This document shows, piece by piece, positions 26,890 to 38,299 of a stretch of 64,000 bases of DNA (position 1 is the first letter of the stretch; each line of letters begins with the position of its first letter). The stretch lies in NCBI GenBank assembly GCA_036172245.1, contig JAYWIR010000001.1:11470001-11534000 (forward strand), in the 5' to 3' direction. This stretch comes from Raillietiella orientalis (lineage: Eukaryota). Below the pieces are notes generated by a model. That model had not been told where the DNA came from, did no database searches, and saw only the letters and a list, made by a program, of their open reading frames with translations. A program made the translations under genes and the position numbers.

Positions 26890-27506
26890 GTGGGAAGGTG
26901 TCGAACCTAGAAGCGAAAGAAAAGCGACCACAAGATGAAACAGGACGGGAGCGAGTCGCCTAAATGGATCCAACGTGGATCAATCTTCTGGGGGGGTGGG
27001 AAGGGATCACTGCCCATTGGGAGGTGGGTGGATCCACCATACTTCTCAAGATGCCGTCGAGGTCCATCCGAATGTTTTCCAGGTAGGACTATCCGATCGC
27101 AATCCTCAGGAAGCAGACTGCAAACTAGAAGGCGTCCCATTCGTTGTTTCCTCCGCTGGCGTCGTTCCACGCAGCCACAATCTCTCGGACGCAGCAGAGC
27201 GCTGCCAGGGCTTCAGGTGGTCGCAGAACGTCCACCATGAAGAGGATCCCAAAAACTTCCCTGAGAGGGCTGCGAATCGGGATCCGGAGGGTTGACGAGA
27301 AACGTTGCCAAAGGGGTCGGAGGGCAGCGCAGTCCACTAACAGGTAGGGGAGGACTCCTTCCCGCACACTGCAAAGTTTTGTCCCACCTTTCCCAACGCC
27401 TAGTGGTGGCGGCGCGCGTTGCAGAGAAGACCCCAGTACAACAGCAGCAGCGTCGACTCCTGCCAATTTAGGGGGAGGACCCTGAATCTATTTAACAGAT
27501 TCGGGG
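26890..27506 (-). mobile_element. Main LINE family, 5'-truncated 3' fragment
   Basis: VLPLNWQE...LLVDCAALRPLW...LAALCCVREIV. It begins directly after the terminus of the copy at 27507. Confidence 0.85.
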
Positions 27507-29640
27507 TTACCACCCGGTCACGCCGGAGCATTTATTTAAACTCTACAAAAACGTGGTACGAGGCCCCACTAACAGCCACCACAACACCGGACCGGCCGGG
27601 ACGCCGGGACGCAGACCAGCAGCAGCGGAGGGATATGGGGGATAAAACAAAAAAAAAAATAAAATATAAGGAAAACAAAAAGAGTTGGGAGGGACGGGAA
27701 GGGATCACTGGCCACCGGGAGGAGAATCCATCCTTTGCAGGATGCCCTTCAGGTCCATCTGCATTCTTCCCAGCTGGGGTCATTCCGTTGCTCTTACTAG
27801 GAAGCGAACAGCATATGGGATGACTTCCCTGTCGTAAGCATCATCTTCTTCGTTGCGGACATCGCTCCAAACCGCCACGATGCCGCAGCTGCAGCAAAGT
27901 GCTGCCAGGGCTGTGGCAGGCTGCAAGGCGTCCCGCACGAAAAGAAGCAGAAAAACGTCTCTGGGCGCGCTGCCCGTTGGGAGCCCGAGGGTCGTCCCGA
28001 ATTGTTCCCATAGGGGTCGGAGGGTAACACAGTCAACAAGAAGGTGGGGGAGCGATTCCCGCTCCCCACACCTGGCATATTGAAGATTCACTGTTCCCCT
28101 CGTCCAGTGGAAGCGGAGTGCGTTGCAGGGTAGAACCAAATGCAACAGCAGCAACGCCGACTCTTGCCACTTCAGGGGGGAATTCCTGGATACAATCAAC
28201 CCTGGGGGCCACTTCAGCTCATCCATCGGGATGGCGACCAGCTCGCCCCATCTTGTTAATCCACGCGGAAGGACGCTCGGGGTCGTGGCATCCGCCAGCT
28301 CTCCAATGGTCCAACCGCTCATCTTCTTCTCTCTGCCTGCGATTAGACAGGAGACATGCCACTTAGGCGTCCGGCCGCTGGAGAAGGCCCTCCATAGGAA
28401 GGGAAGTGTCGCAGCCAAAGGGGTCGTCTCCGCCCTCGTGTCCCGGGGAGGACACAACAGAATGAAACGTAGGGAGCAGGGGGCGAAATTCGAAACTCGT
28501 AGGCAGTTCCAGTTTTTACTTCTCTGATTAATCTTCTCCCACGATCCAAAAGATTCCTACGGCCATGCGTGGGAGTTGGCGAGGTTGCATACTATCCAGC
28601 CGTTCCCCTTCACCAGTGTTTCCATGCGTCCAAAAAGAAGGCCGCAACTTCTGACTTTCCGGCCGGGGCAAGTACCGCGTACTCAAGGAATTCAGTACTC
28701 AAGGACTCGTCCTTGAGTACTGGAGACACGGCTGGCGAGGAGGCAGGCCGGAACGCACCAAGGGGTGCTCCACGACTTCGCTGCGATGGCGAGGGCGCGC
28801 CATCGCAGCTGAATCTCCAAGCGCTCCAGCGTGAGGAGGTCAAGACCACCGTCCCGACGCGGAGCGCATAAGTCTTTCAGAGGCACTCTGAGTGTCCCGC
28901 TACCCCCGAGAGAGATGCGGAGTATATCCTTAGTCCTCTTCTTCAACTGGGAAGGGACAGGGCAAACAAAAAGCAGGGGGCGGAGAATGGGAGTCCCGAA
29001 CGCGTTCCACACCGCGGCCTGTTCCGGCAGAAGGAACTTGCCTTCCAGGAACGGGCCGATCGCCAACTCTACCTTTTGGAAGCGACCTGACCAGGCTTCT
29101 GCGTGGCAGAAATCCCCCAACAGGATGCCCGGTACTTCAGGTACCTGGTCGTGGGGATCCTCAAACGGATCCAGTCAGGCCTTCCGACCCACGTCGCACC
29201 AACCGCCACCACCGACGACTTTGCCTTGTTCACCCGTAGTCTAGTCCCGCAACTTATCAGATCGAAGAAGTCCTCGACTGCGGCTGCCGGGGCGAATATG
29301 GGCAACAAGAGCAGAAGATCTTCGGCGTACGCAAATACGGCAGGCGTACCGGGGCACGAGCTCGGCAAGGCAGTCAAAGTCTCCCTGTACGCGCTCAGCA
29401 ACAACTCAAAGTAGGTGCTAAAGAGCAGGGCACTCAGACTATAGCCCTGCCGTAAGCCCCACCGCACCGGCACGCCGTACGCTATCTGACCACTGAAACA
29501 AACGTTGATTAGCGCGCTGCGCTAGCATGAGCGCAGGTAGGAGAGTAGGGAGGGTGGAAAACCCATGCGACCTAGGAGTTCCAGCAGGAGATCCTTGTCC
29601 ACGCAGTCCACCGCCTTGCTTGTGCGGGGTGGACGCCATG
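27507..29640 (-). mobile_element. Main LINE family, RT to 3' terminus (frameshifted)
   Basis: KAVDCVDKDLLLELL, GLRQGYSLSALLF, YAEDLL, PLKWQES, finger region, and terminus AATAAATGCTCCGGCGTGACCGGGTG. Confidence 0.9.
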
Positions 29641-30778
29641 TCTTGGTGCTCCTCGGTGCCGGAAACCCTCCCCTTAAAGCGAAGTTTCCGGTGGTTCGAT
29701 GGTCGCTCAGACAGCAACGCCTGACTCGACCACCAGTGAGTGCCAGGGGGCGGCGGCAACGTCGCCCCCAGAGGCGATGGAGGTGGGGGCATCCGCCCCA
29801 CAGAATCGGTCCCCGCTGCAGCGCGGGCGTGGAGCGCCGTTGTAGCGGCGCCATCGCCTGCAGCCGCGGCGGAATAGACTGCCTACGTGGAGGAGGGGTA
29901 TAATCCCTCACTACTCTATAAGGTAGACAATCTTCATTGTTCCGAGAACGCGCGCCTATTCCCAAAAGGGATGCGCGCTCTCAATGTAGAAGAGGAGGAG
30001 CTCAGCGTCATGACCATCCGCAGCGAAGAACAGTACGTTGAGGTGATCTGCGAACAGGCAGATCTGGCCCAGCGTCTGTTTAAAACCGCCGTGGTGATGG
30101 GGACACGCAGGCTCCTTCCCATTACGGTGAAACGCAGTGTGGTGGTCCAACTGTTAGGCGATACCGCGCTCATGCGTCGCGAAAGCGTACGCGCCGCGTT
30201 AGAAGAATACGGAACGGTGCACGCAATGTGGACGAAACGTAGTCCCTTTGTGGACTATACTCGACTGCAATGCGGCCTCACGGCTGCACGCGTCACCGTT
30301 CGAGAGGGCTGCAATCTTCCCCACAAACTGGTGGTCGGCGGCGAAACCGTGGACCTCTGGTATGTGGGGAAGCCCAAATACTGCGGCTTCTGCAACACGT
30401 CGGGCCACCTCAGAAAGAGGTGCCCCAACGTGCAGTGCCAAGTATGCGGGACCATGGGCCACACGCGGGAGGTGTGCCCACAAGCAGTTGTGCGCGTGGT
30501 GTCCGCGCGAAACGCGAAAAAACGCGCCCGGCTGCTCCTAAAAAGGCTGGCAGCGAAAGCTGCCGCCAAAGCTGTGCCACCCGCGCCCAAGGCTCAGGCT
30601 GCACCCTAGACCACGGCGAACAACGGCGAAAAGGTCGAGGGAAACGGCCAGGAGCCTGGGTGGCTGGTGGCAGCGGCTAGAAAGTCGAAAAAACAACGAT
30701 GACTTAAAAGGAAATTCGCATACCAACAGAAGAAGAAAGAGCAGGGTAGCGAGGCAATCAGAGAATGCAGCGTCGTCA
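29641..30778 (+). pseudogene. LINE ORF1 (gag-like, two CCHC zinc knuckles) with probable 5' region, C-terminally truncated
   Basis: ORF 29887-30609 has CGFCNTSGHLRKRC and CQVCGTMGHTREVC and is homologous to the ORF1 copies at 33.2, 42.4 and 43.6 kb. Confidence 0.85.
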
Positions 30779-32075
30779 TTTGTTACCCGGTTGCGCCGGG
30801 ACGTTTATTTCAAATCGTCTGGGAACTGTGTTCCCAGGCAAGGAAACAGGAGATGGGGAGGAGTGTACCCGACATGCAGGCCGGGCACACTGAGAGTTCG
30901 GAACGGCAGGGAGGGGACAATAAACAATTAAATAGGGTGGGAGGGTGGGGATAGGGGTATGCAGTCCAGCCGTTCCTATTCTCAGAACCGGCGGTGAATG
31001 CCGGCAATCTCCGTCCTTACTTCTGCTCCAAGGTGTGGCCACCCGGCAGCCATTTGCAGGTTGCAGGCTGCAGTTTCGGGGACCGATGTTGGGACCGCTC
31101 GCATCTGCAATACGTGGCGGGCCCTGACGATGGCGCGGACGCAGCAGATGAGTGCGACGACCGCTCCAAGAGAAAGACCGCGACGCGTGAAGAAGCGGCG
31201 CATCCAATGCATTGCGGTCTGTCCGGGGTGCAGGAGCGCTGAAGACAGCCGCCGCCACAGCTCCTGGAGGGCGCCGCATTCAAACAGCAAATGCGGAAGC
31301 GATTCCACCGCTCCGCATTGGGCACAGTTCGGGGACGCAACTCCCCTGGAAACCAGGTGCGCGCGCTGGTTGCAGTACAAACACCAATGCACCAGCAGAA
31401 AAGCGTCCTGTTTCCAACGAAGGGGGAAGACAGTCGCGTCCAAGCACGCAGAAGGGACCACAAGTTCTTCGGTGGGCACCCCGAGGAGCTCGCTCCACCG
31501 GAGAAGTCCCTTGGCACGAATGCAAGGCGAGGCAGCGTCTGCCAGCTCGCAGGTCCTCCAACCGCCCAGAAGTCGGGTTTCGCCTGCGCTATCGCAGGCG
31601 ACCTCCCACCTCGCCGGTAGGTCACTGTCGTCTCGCACCATCAGGGCAGCCAGTGCTGCGGCGAGAGTCGTAGCGGCTGGGCGTGTCCACTGGTCCTGGT
31701 CTTCCAACACCTCCCCCACTGGACAGTATGGAGAAAGGTTCACGCAACGGAGTTCCAATCGGGACACATCCTGTTGCGCTGCCCAGGACGATAAGGTTTC
31801 CTGCCTCCAGGCGTTAAAGTTCGTCGGCCGGCAGGAGATTCACGAATGCTTTCCCAGAAGCGAGCCGAGCTGCTTCAGAGGGAAGCCGAATCCTCTCAAG
31901 ACGCGCTCCGTGCGCAGGTGCAACGAACGCAGTCCGTCGCCACCCGTGCAGCGCCGCAGCAGCAGCGAAACTGGAGCACACTAGGGAGTAGTCCAAAGCT
32001 GGGCGCGAAGTGCCAGCATGCGGAACTGCACTGGCAGTCCGATCTGCTCCTACAAAGAACTCGCCGCTACCGACG
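30779..32075 (-). mobile_element. Divergent subfamily copy of the main LINE, 5'-truncated, with terminus
   Basis: ORF 30982-31767 (FPLRWKQDAFLLVHW, CAQCGAVESLPHLLFEC) and terminus AATAAACGTCCCGGCGCAACCGGGTA. Confidence 0.9.
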
Positions 32076-33030
32076 TTGTAACCCGGATACGCCCGGGGCG
32101 TTTATTGAAAATTCTACAAACGCGGTACAAGGCTCCGCTCACGGCCATAGACACCGGACCTGCCGGGACGCTGGGACGCAGCCCGGCGTGACTCTCCTCG
32201 GCAGTGAAAGGGATGGGGGAAAAAACAAAAAGAAAAATAGAAAAGAAAGAAACAAAAAGAGTTTGGAGGGAGGGGAAGGGATCACTGATCACTGCGAGGG
32301 CCCATCCGTCGAAGAAAGCCCTCGAGGTCCATCCGAATGTTTCCCAGATGGGTCATCTGGCAGCTCTCTGCATGAAGCGTACTGCATACTGGATGACGTC
32401 CCTCTCGTTCCAATCTTCCTCTCCGCTGTCGGCATCGCTCCAGGCCGCCACGATGCCTCGGACGCAGCAAAGTGCTGCGAAGGCTGCGGCTGGCTGCAGG
32501 GCGTTCCGCACGAAGAGGAGGCGGAAAACGTCTCTGGGCGCGCAGCACGTGGAGAGCCCGAGGGTCGTCCCCAACCGTTCCCAAAGGGGTCGGAGGGCAG
32601 CACAATCTACAATAAGGTGGGGAAGCGATTCTCGCTCCCCGCACCTGGCACACGCAGGATCCACAGCTCCCCTTGTCCAGTGGAAGCGGCGTGCGTTGCA
32701 GGTAAGCCCCAGTGCAACAGCAGCAACGCCGACTCTTGCCACTTAAGGGGCAGGATCCTGGATTCCTTCATCTCTGGAGGCCACTTCAGCTCATCCATCG
32801 GGATGGCGAGCAGCTCGCCTCATCTCTGTAGTCCACGCGGATGGACGCTCGGGGTCGTGGCGTCAGCCAGCTCTCCCGTGGTCCATCCGCTCATCAACTT
32901 CTCTCGTCCCGCGATGCAGCAGGAGACTTGCCACCGTGGCGTCCGGCTGCTGTTAAGCGCCCTCCTCAGGAAGGGCAAGGCCGTAGCTAGGCAGGTCGTC
33001 TCTGCCTAGCTACGGCCCTCGCCACTCCCA
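32076..33030 (-). mobile_element. Main LINE family, 5'-truncated 3' fragment with terminus
   Basis: CARCGERESLPHLIVDC and terminus AATAAACGCCCCGGGCGTATCCGGGTT. Confidence 0.9.
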
Positions 33031-33035
33031 GAACT

Positions 33036-33236
33036 TTGTGCCCTCCCTACATTTCTCCTTTTGTTTGTTTTTTGTTTTATTTCTTCCTACCCCCGCGCGT
33101 TGAATGGACCTCGCCGGTTTTTGCGCCGGCAACTAGCTTGCTGTTATGCAGTGGTGAGCCCTTGAGTTCACCACAAGAAACTAATATGAACTTTTATTTG
33201 TTTCAAATAAATGCCCCGGCACATCCAGGTGATAAA
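33036..33236 (+). mobile_element. Main LINE family, 3' UTR-only copy
   Basis: Pyrimidine tract, two hairpins, and AATAAATGCCCCGGCACATCCAGGTG. Confidence 0.8.
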
Positions 33237-33836
33237 TTCCTTTAATTCCTCGCGCAGAGAAATTTTGTTTTTGCCTTTCGCGGGTTTCTTCGGAACAATC
33301 GCGTTCTGATTTGCTTTTATTTGTAGGGGTTTTTTGGTTTTATTTTGAATTTCTTTTAATTTCTTATTTACGACCGTTTTCCAGCCTTCCTCGTCGGCGG
33401 TTGGCTCAGAAGTCTCCTTTTGAGAATTCCGGTCCATCTGCACGACTTCTTCTGAAGTTAGCTGGAGATCGCGTTGTATTTTGTTTTCCGCCTTCTTCCC
33501 CTCTTCCTGTATTTTCGGAGTGTCCGGCGTTGGAGCGGCGTTTTTCGGGCACACGACGCTAGTGTGGCCCTTCCCGTCGCACGTTGGGCATGTGACGTCC
33601 GGGCATCTCTTCTTGAGATGCCCAAACGTGCTGAATAGCCCGCAGTATTTCTCCTTCCCCACGTACCGGAGGTCAACGAGCTCGTCGTTGATCTCTAGTT
33701 TGTGGGGAATTTCGGTGTTTTCGCGGAGAGTTACACGTGCGGCGAATCGCCCACTAAATGCGCCTCGATATGTAAAGGCGTTGGGCTTGCTCCACATCGC
33801 GTATATCTCCGCGAATTTGTTAATTTCGGTGCGGAT
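33237..33836 (-). pseudogene. LINE ORF1 fragment (zinc knuckles)
   Basis: PHKLEINDELVDLRYVGKEKYCGLFSTFGHLKKRCPDVTCPTCDGKGHTSVVC. Confidence 0.85.
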
Positions 33837-34209
33837 GGCTTCCTCGCTCCTTCCTCTTGTCCAGGAACGCCGTACGTGGTGGCCTGTGCCGACGACCTGC
33901 TTCTCCTCTTACCCATGACCACCCCGGCGTCCAGTCTCGAGGATTTCTTCGAGCTGATCCGCCGGGGAGCGGGCATGAGCGTAAACCGGAGCAAGAGCGT
34001 GGTCGTTCCTGTTGGTGCAGCGTGGGAGGGGTAGTCCGACTGGATCCGCCTGGGGATCCCGACCGCTTCCTCCATCCAATATCTGGGCGTCCCGCTGGGG
34101 AACGTCAGCCGAGTGGAAGTGTGGTCGGACTGCCTTCGGAAGGCTACGAGTGCTCTGAGCCCGTTCCCCTTTGGCAGGTTCCTCCTGCCGGAGCGGACCA
34201 CCGTATGGA
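33837..34209 (+). pseudogene. LINE ORF2 RT fragment
   Basis: SSCPGTPYVVACADDLLLLLPMTTPASSLEDFF. Confidence 0.85.
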
Positions 34210-34822
34210 TTTTCACCCGGGTAAGCCGGGGCTTTTCTTATTAAAAATTTTTACAATTATGTATTTTATAATGAAGTCCTGTCGTCTGTACTTGTGTTCC
34301 AGTCAGAACACATTGTTCTTATTGTCTTATGCACTTTCCGACTTGTATGCCTGTAAGGTCCTCTACACTGGCGAAGGGGACGGGAAAAAGAGAAAAAAAC
34401 AAAAACAAAAAAAGAAAAACGCTTGGGGGACAATGTTTATGGCAGGGGAGGGAAGGGAAGGGAACACGGTACGCCATGGGGAGGCCTCTGCATCCCCACG
34501 GAGGCGAGACGCTCGGGGTTGTAGCGTCCGCTGGTTCCCGGGACGTCCACGCCTTCATCAGCTTTTTCCTGCCTCTGATGAGGCAGGACGCTGCCCACGA
34601 TGCCTCCTCTTGGCTGTCCCTGGCTTCTCTGAGGGAGGGCAGCACGGAGGCAAGGGGGGTTGAGGAAGCCCACAGAAGTTTCTGTGGGTTGGAAACGATC
34701 TCTTGCAGGGTCTGGCCAGCGTTCCTTCCTCGATGGAGGCAAAACTCCACATCGCTGGAGCCGTTGATCTTTGAATCTTTCCGGTCTCCCTGTCCGACTC
34801 ACCTACGGGGGCCACTTTTGCC
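34210..34822 (-). mobile_element. Main LINE family, short internally deleted copy with terminus
   Basis: WAASCLIRGRKKLMKAWTSREPADATTP joined to a 3' UTR; terminus GCCCCGGCTTACCCGGGTGAAAA. Confidence 0.8.
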
Positions 34823-35972
34823 TTTTACACCCGGGTGCGCCGGGGCGTTAATTTTTTAGTAAAAACAAACAAGCAAGTGTAGGGCTATTGCCCCTACAGC
34901 GTCCTAAAAAAAAAAAAAAAAATGTTCTAATAAAGAGTTGCCGAGTAGCAAGCACGCAGGCTGGCGAGTTCGACTCGGCAGCGGGGGGGGAAAGGACAAA
35001 TAAAAACAAAAAGAAAACACTATTTACAAAAGCAGGGAGGAGTTGGGGAAGGGATCACATTCCGCTGGAGTCGTCCTCTACATCCTTTCCAGGATGCCGG
35101 CAAGTTCGGTCCGCATATGCCCCAAATGGGACCATCTGGCTGCCGTCCTTAGGAAACGTAGGGCGGAGCAGATGATGTCCCTGTCGTTCGGTCCACCAGT
35201 GGCGGTGCTCCAGGCCGTCACAATCCCTCGTAGGCAGCAGAGGGCTGCAAGGGTTGCGGCAGGCCGAAGGGCGTCACTCACAAAGAGGCGCGTCAGAACG
35301 TCTCTAGGGTTGATCGAGGGTGCTCCTAGGGCCGTTGCGAAACGCAACCACAGAGGCCGGAGGGCAACACAGTCAAGAAGCAGGTGCGGGAGGGTTTCCC
35401 GTTCCCCGCACCTGACACAATTTGGGTCCACAGCCCCCCTCGTCCAGTGCGAACGGCGGGCGTTGCTGGGGAGTCCCCAGTGCAACACCAGGAACGCCGA
35501 CTCCTGCCACTTCAGGGGGAGGGCCCGGGTAGTCTTCAGCACCGGGGGCCACTCGAGTACATCCATGGGGATGCTCAGCAGCTCGCCCCAACGCAATAGT
35601 CCCTTTGGTGGGGCACTTGGGGTCGCAGCGTCTGTCAACTGGCCCGTGGTCCAACCACCTTGCTCTCTCTCTCTTCCAGAGATACTGGACCTCCCATTTC
35701 GCCGGCTGGCTACTGCCCAGGTGCTCCCTGAGGTGGGACAGAGCCGCGACAAGGGAGGTCCTCTCAGCCCACGCACTCAAGGTGGGCTGCACGATGATGT
35801 CCTGCAGCGAGCGGTTCTTGTGATAGGAGAGCAGCATTCGCTGCTGCAACTCCGGGCTCGCTTCCTCGATCTGGGCCCACGTGCGAAGGCTTTCCTGCAA
35901 CCAGGACGTACCGTTCGCGGGCCGGCAGGAGATCCAGGTGTTCGTTCTGGTCATCTTCGCCTCTCGCCGAAG
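34823..35972 (-). mobile_element. Main LINE family, 5'-truncated copy with terminus
   Basis: ORF 35078-35776 carries the C-terminal domain; terminus AATTAACGCCCCGGCGCACCCGGGTGTAAAA. Confidence 0.9.
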
Positions 35973-38082
35973 TTTTCACCCGGTCACGCCGGGGCGTTTA
36001 TTGCTAAACACTATGTTTTCGCGGTACGAGGCCCCGCTACGGCCAATAGTTCTTTGGACCTGCCGGGAAGCCGGCTCGCAGGCCGGCTTGACTCTCCTCG
36101 GCAGCGGAGGGGGTAGGGGGTAAAAACGAAAAGAAAAATAAAAGAAATAAACGAAAAGAAACTATTTGGAGGGCCGGGAAGGGATCACAGCCCGCTGGAG
36201 GAAGAGACCATCCTTTCGAGGATGCCCTCGAGGTCCCTCTTCATTGTTCCCAGATGGGACCAGCCGATCGCGATTCGCAGGTATCGACCAGCGTGTACGA
36301 TGGGATCCCTGTCGCTGCTTCCTCTGTTGGCTGCGCTCCAGGCGGCCACAATCCCTCGGAGGCAGCAAAGTGCTGCCAGGGCTGAGGCTGGTGTCAGGGC
36401 GTGTCGCTCGAAGAGGAGTCTCATAACGTCTCTGGGGGTGCTGCCTACCGGCATTGAAAGGTTCGTAGCAAAACGTTCCCACAAGGGCCGGAGGGCACCG
36501 CAGTCCACTAACAGATGGGGGAGGGATTCCTTCTCCCCGCACACTGCACAGTTCTGTTCAACATTCCCCCACGTCCAGTGGTGGCGGCGCACGTTGCAGG
36601 GAAGACCCCAGTGCAACAACAACAGCGCCGTTTCTTGCCACTTTAGGGGGAGGATTGATGAGCCAATGAACGACGGGGGCCACTCTAGGTCATCCGTCGG
36701 GATGCCAAGCAGCTCGCCCCATCTCCGTAGTCCATGTGGGTGAATTCTTGGGGTCGCGGCGTCAGCCAGTTCCCTCATGGTCCACCCAGTCAGATCCTTC
36801 TCTTTGCCCGCTATCCGGCAGGAGACTTGCCATCTCGGCTTCCGAATATTTTGGAGCGCCCTCCGTAGGAAGGGTAGCGCCGTGGCCAGTGGGGTCGTCT
36901 CCGCCCATGTGCTTCTGGCGGGACACACGATCATGTTCCGCAGCGTGCAGCGGGTGTAGATGCCGGTACGCAGGCCGTTGCAGGATTCTTCACTGATATT
37001 GTTTATCTTTGCCCAAGTTCCAACTGTTTCTTCCAGCCATGCGCTGGAGTTGGCGGGGCTGCAGGCCATCCACCTGTTCTCCTTTGCCAGGGTGGTCATG
37101 CGTCCCAGGAGAAGTCCGCATCTTCTTATTTTCCGGCCGGGGCACAGAAGAAAAGACGCGAGTCCTTCAGTCCCGGACACACGTCTGGCGAGAAGGCGGG
37201 CCGGTACGCACCACGGGGTGTTCCACATTTTCGCTGCGATGGCTAGAGTACGCCACCGCAGCTGTGTTTCCATTCGCTCCATCGTCAGTACGCTGAGACC
37301 TCCGTCCCGACGTGGAGCGCACAAGTCTTTAAGAGGCAAACGAGGCCTCCCGCCTCCCCACAGGGCGATACGTAGGAGGTCCTTCGTTCTTTTTCTTAAT
37401 TCACGGGGTACGGGGCAAACAAAAAGTAGGGGGCGAAGGAGGGGGGCCGCGAACGCGTTCCACACCGCGGCCCGTTCCGGCAAGTGAAACTTGCCTTCCA
37501 GGAACGGGCCGATCGCTGACTCCACTTTTTGGAGACGACCTGACCAGGCTTCTGACTGACAGAAGTCCCCCAACGGAACGTCGAGGTACTTTAAGTACCT
37601 GTCCGTGGGGATCCCCAGGCGGATCCAATCAGGTCGTCCTGCCCACGTAGCACCAACCGCAACCAGCGACGACTTCGTCCTGTTCACCCGTAGTCCTGTC
37701 CCACGGCTCAACAATTCGAAGAAATCCTCGACTGCCGAAGCCGGGGCGGACATGGGCAGCAGGAGCAAAAGATCGTCAGCGTACGCCGACACAGCCGGCG
37801 TACCTGGACACGAGCTTGGCAGGACAGCCAATGTCACCCTGTATGCTCTCAGCACCAGTTCGAAATAGGTGCTGAAGAGTAGGGGACTCAGGCTGTCGCC
37901 CTGCCGGATGCCGCGCCTCACCGGTACGCCGAACACATGCTGTCCTCTAAAAAATACGTTAATGATCGCATTGCGCCAGCAGGCGCGCAGGTAAGCCAGT
38001 AAAGTGTTCGGGAAGCCCATGCGATCCAGGAGCTCCAGAAGGAGTTCCTGGTTTACACAATCGAGCGCTTTGTGCAGATCGA
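35973..38082 (-). mobile_element. Main LINE family, 5'-truncated copy with an uninterrupted ~630-codon RT-to-C-terminus frame
   Basis: ORF 36185-38089: DLHKALDCV, GIRQGDSLSPLLF, YADD, KYLDV, CAVCGEKESLPHLLVDC. Terminus AATAAACGCCCCGGCGTGACCGGGTGAAAA. Confidence 0.95.
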
Positions 38083-38299
38083 TTTTCACCCGGATTTCTC
38101 CGGGTCGTTTATTAAAAAATAAACTTTATAAAGTAATTATTAATGGCTGTGGCAATGCTCCAGCCAGAAGCTAAGATCCACGGAGCCTGCCAATTCACCG
38201 GTTTCTAGACCGGTACGGTCCACAAAGGCAGCACGGGAAAGGAAAGAAACAAAAAAACTAAACAAAAAGAAACAAAGGGTGGGAGGGAACGGGAAGGGA
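38083..38299 (-). promoter_or_regulatory. 3' UTR and terminus of the ORF2-complete copy (pyrimidine tract, structured region, AATAAA, terminal hairpin)
   Basis: Ends in AATAAACGACCCGGAGAAATCCGGGTGAAAA; same layout as the other copies. Confidence 0.85.

Noticed and set aside
36040-36115. 3' UTR structure as a canonical HDV-like ribozyme
   Set aside because: No P1.1 or P4 and no catalytic C strand; kept only as an uncharacterised structure.
30998-36116. Long plus-strand ORFs (328, 387, 268 and 357 aa)
   Set aside because: They are antisense shadows of GC-rich LINE ORF2 and cross element junctions.
36185-38089. 634-aa ORF as a stand-alone RT gene
   Set aside because: Its GTG 'start' comes from the upstream copy's terminus, and it lacks the N-terminal RT motifs.
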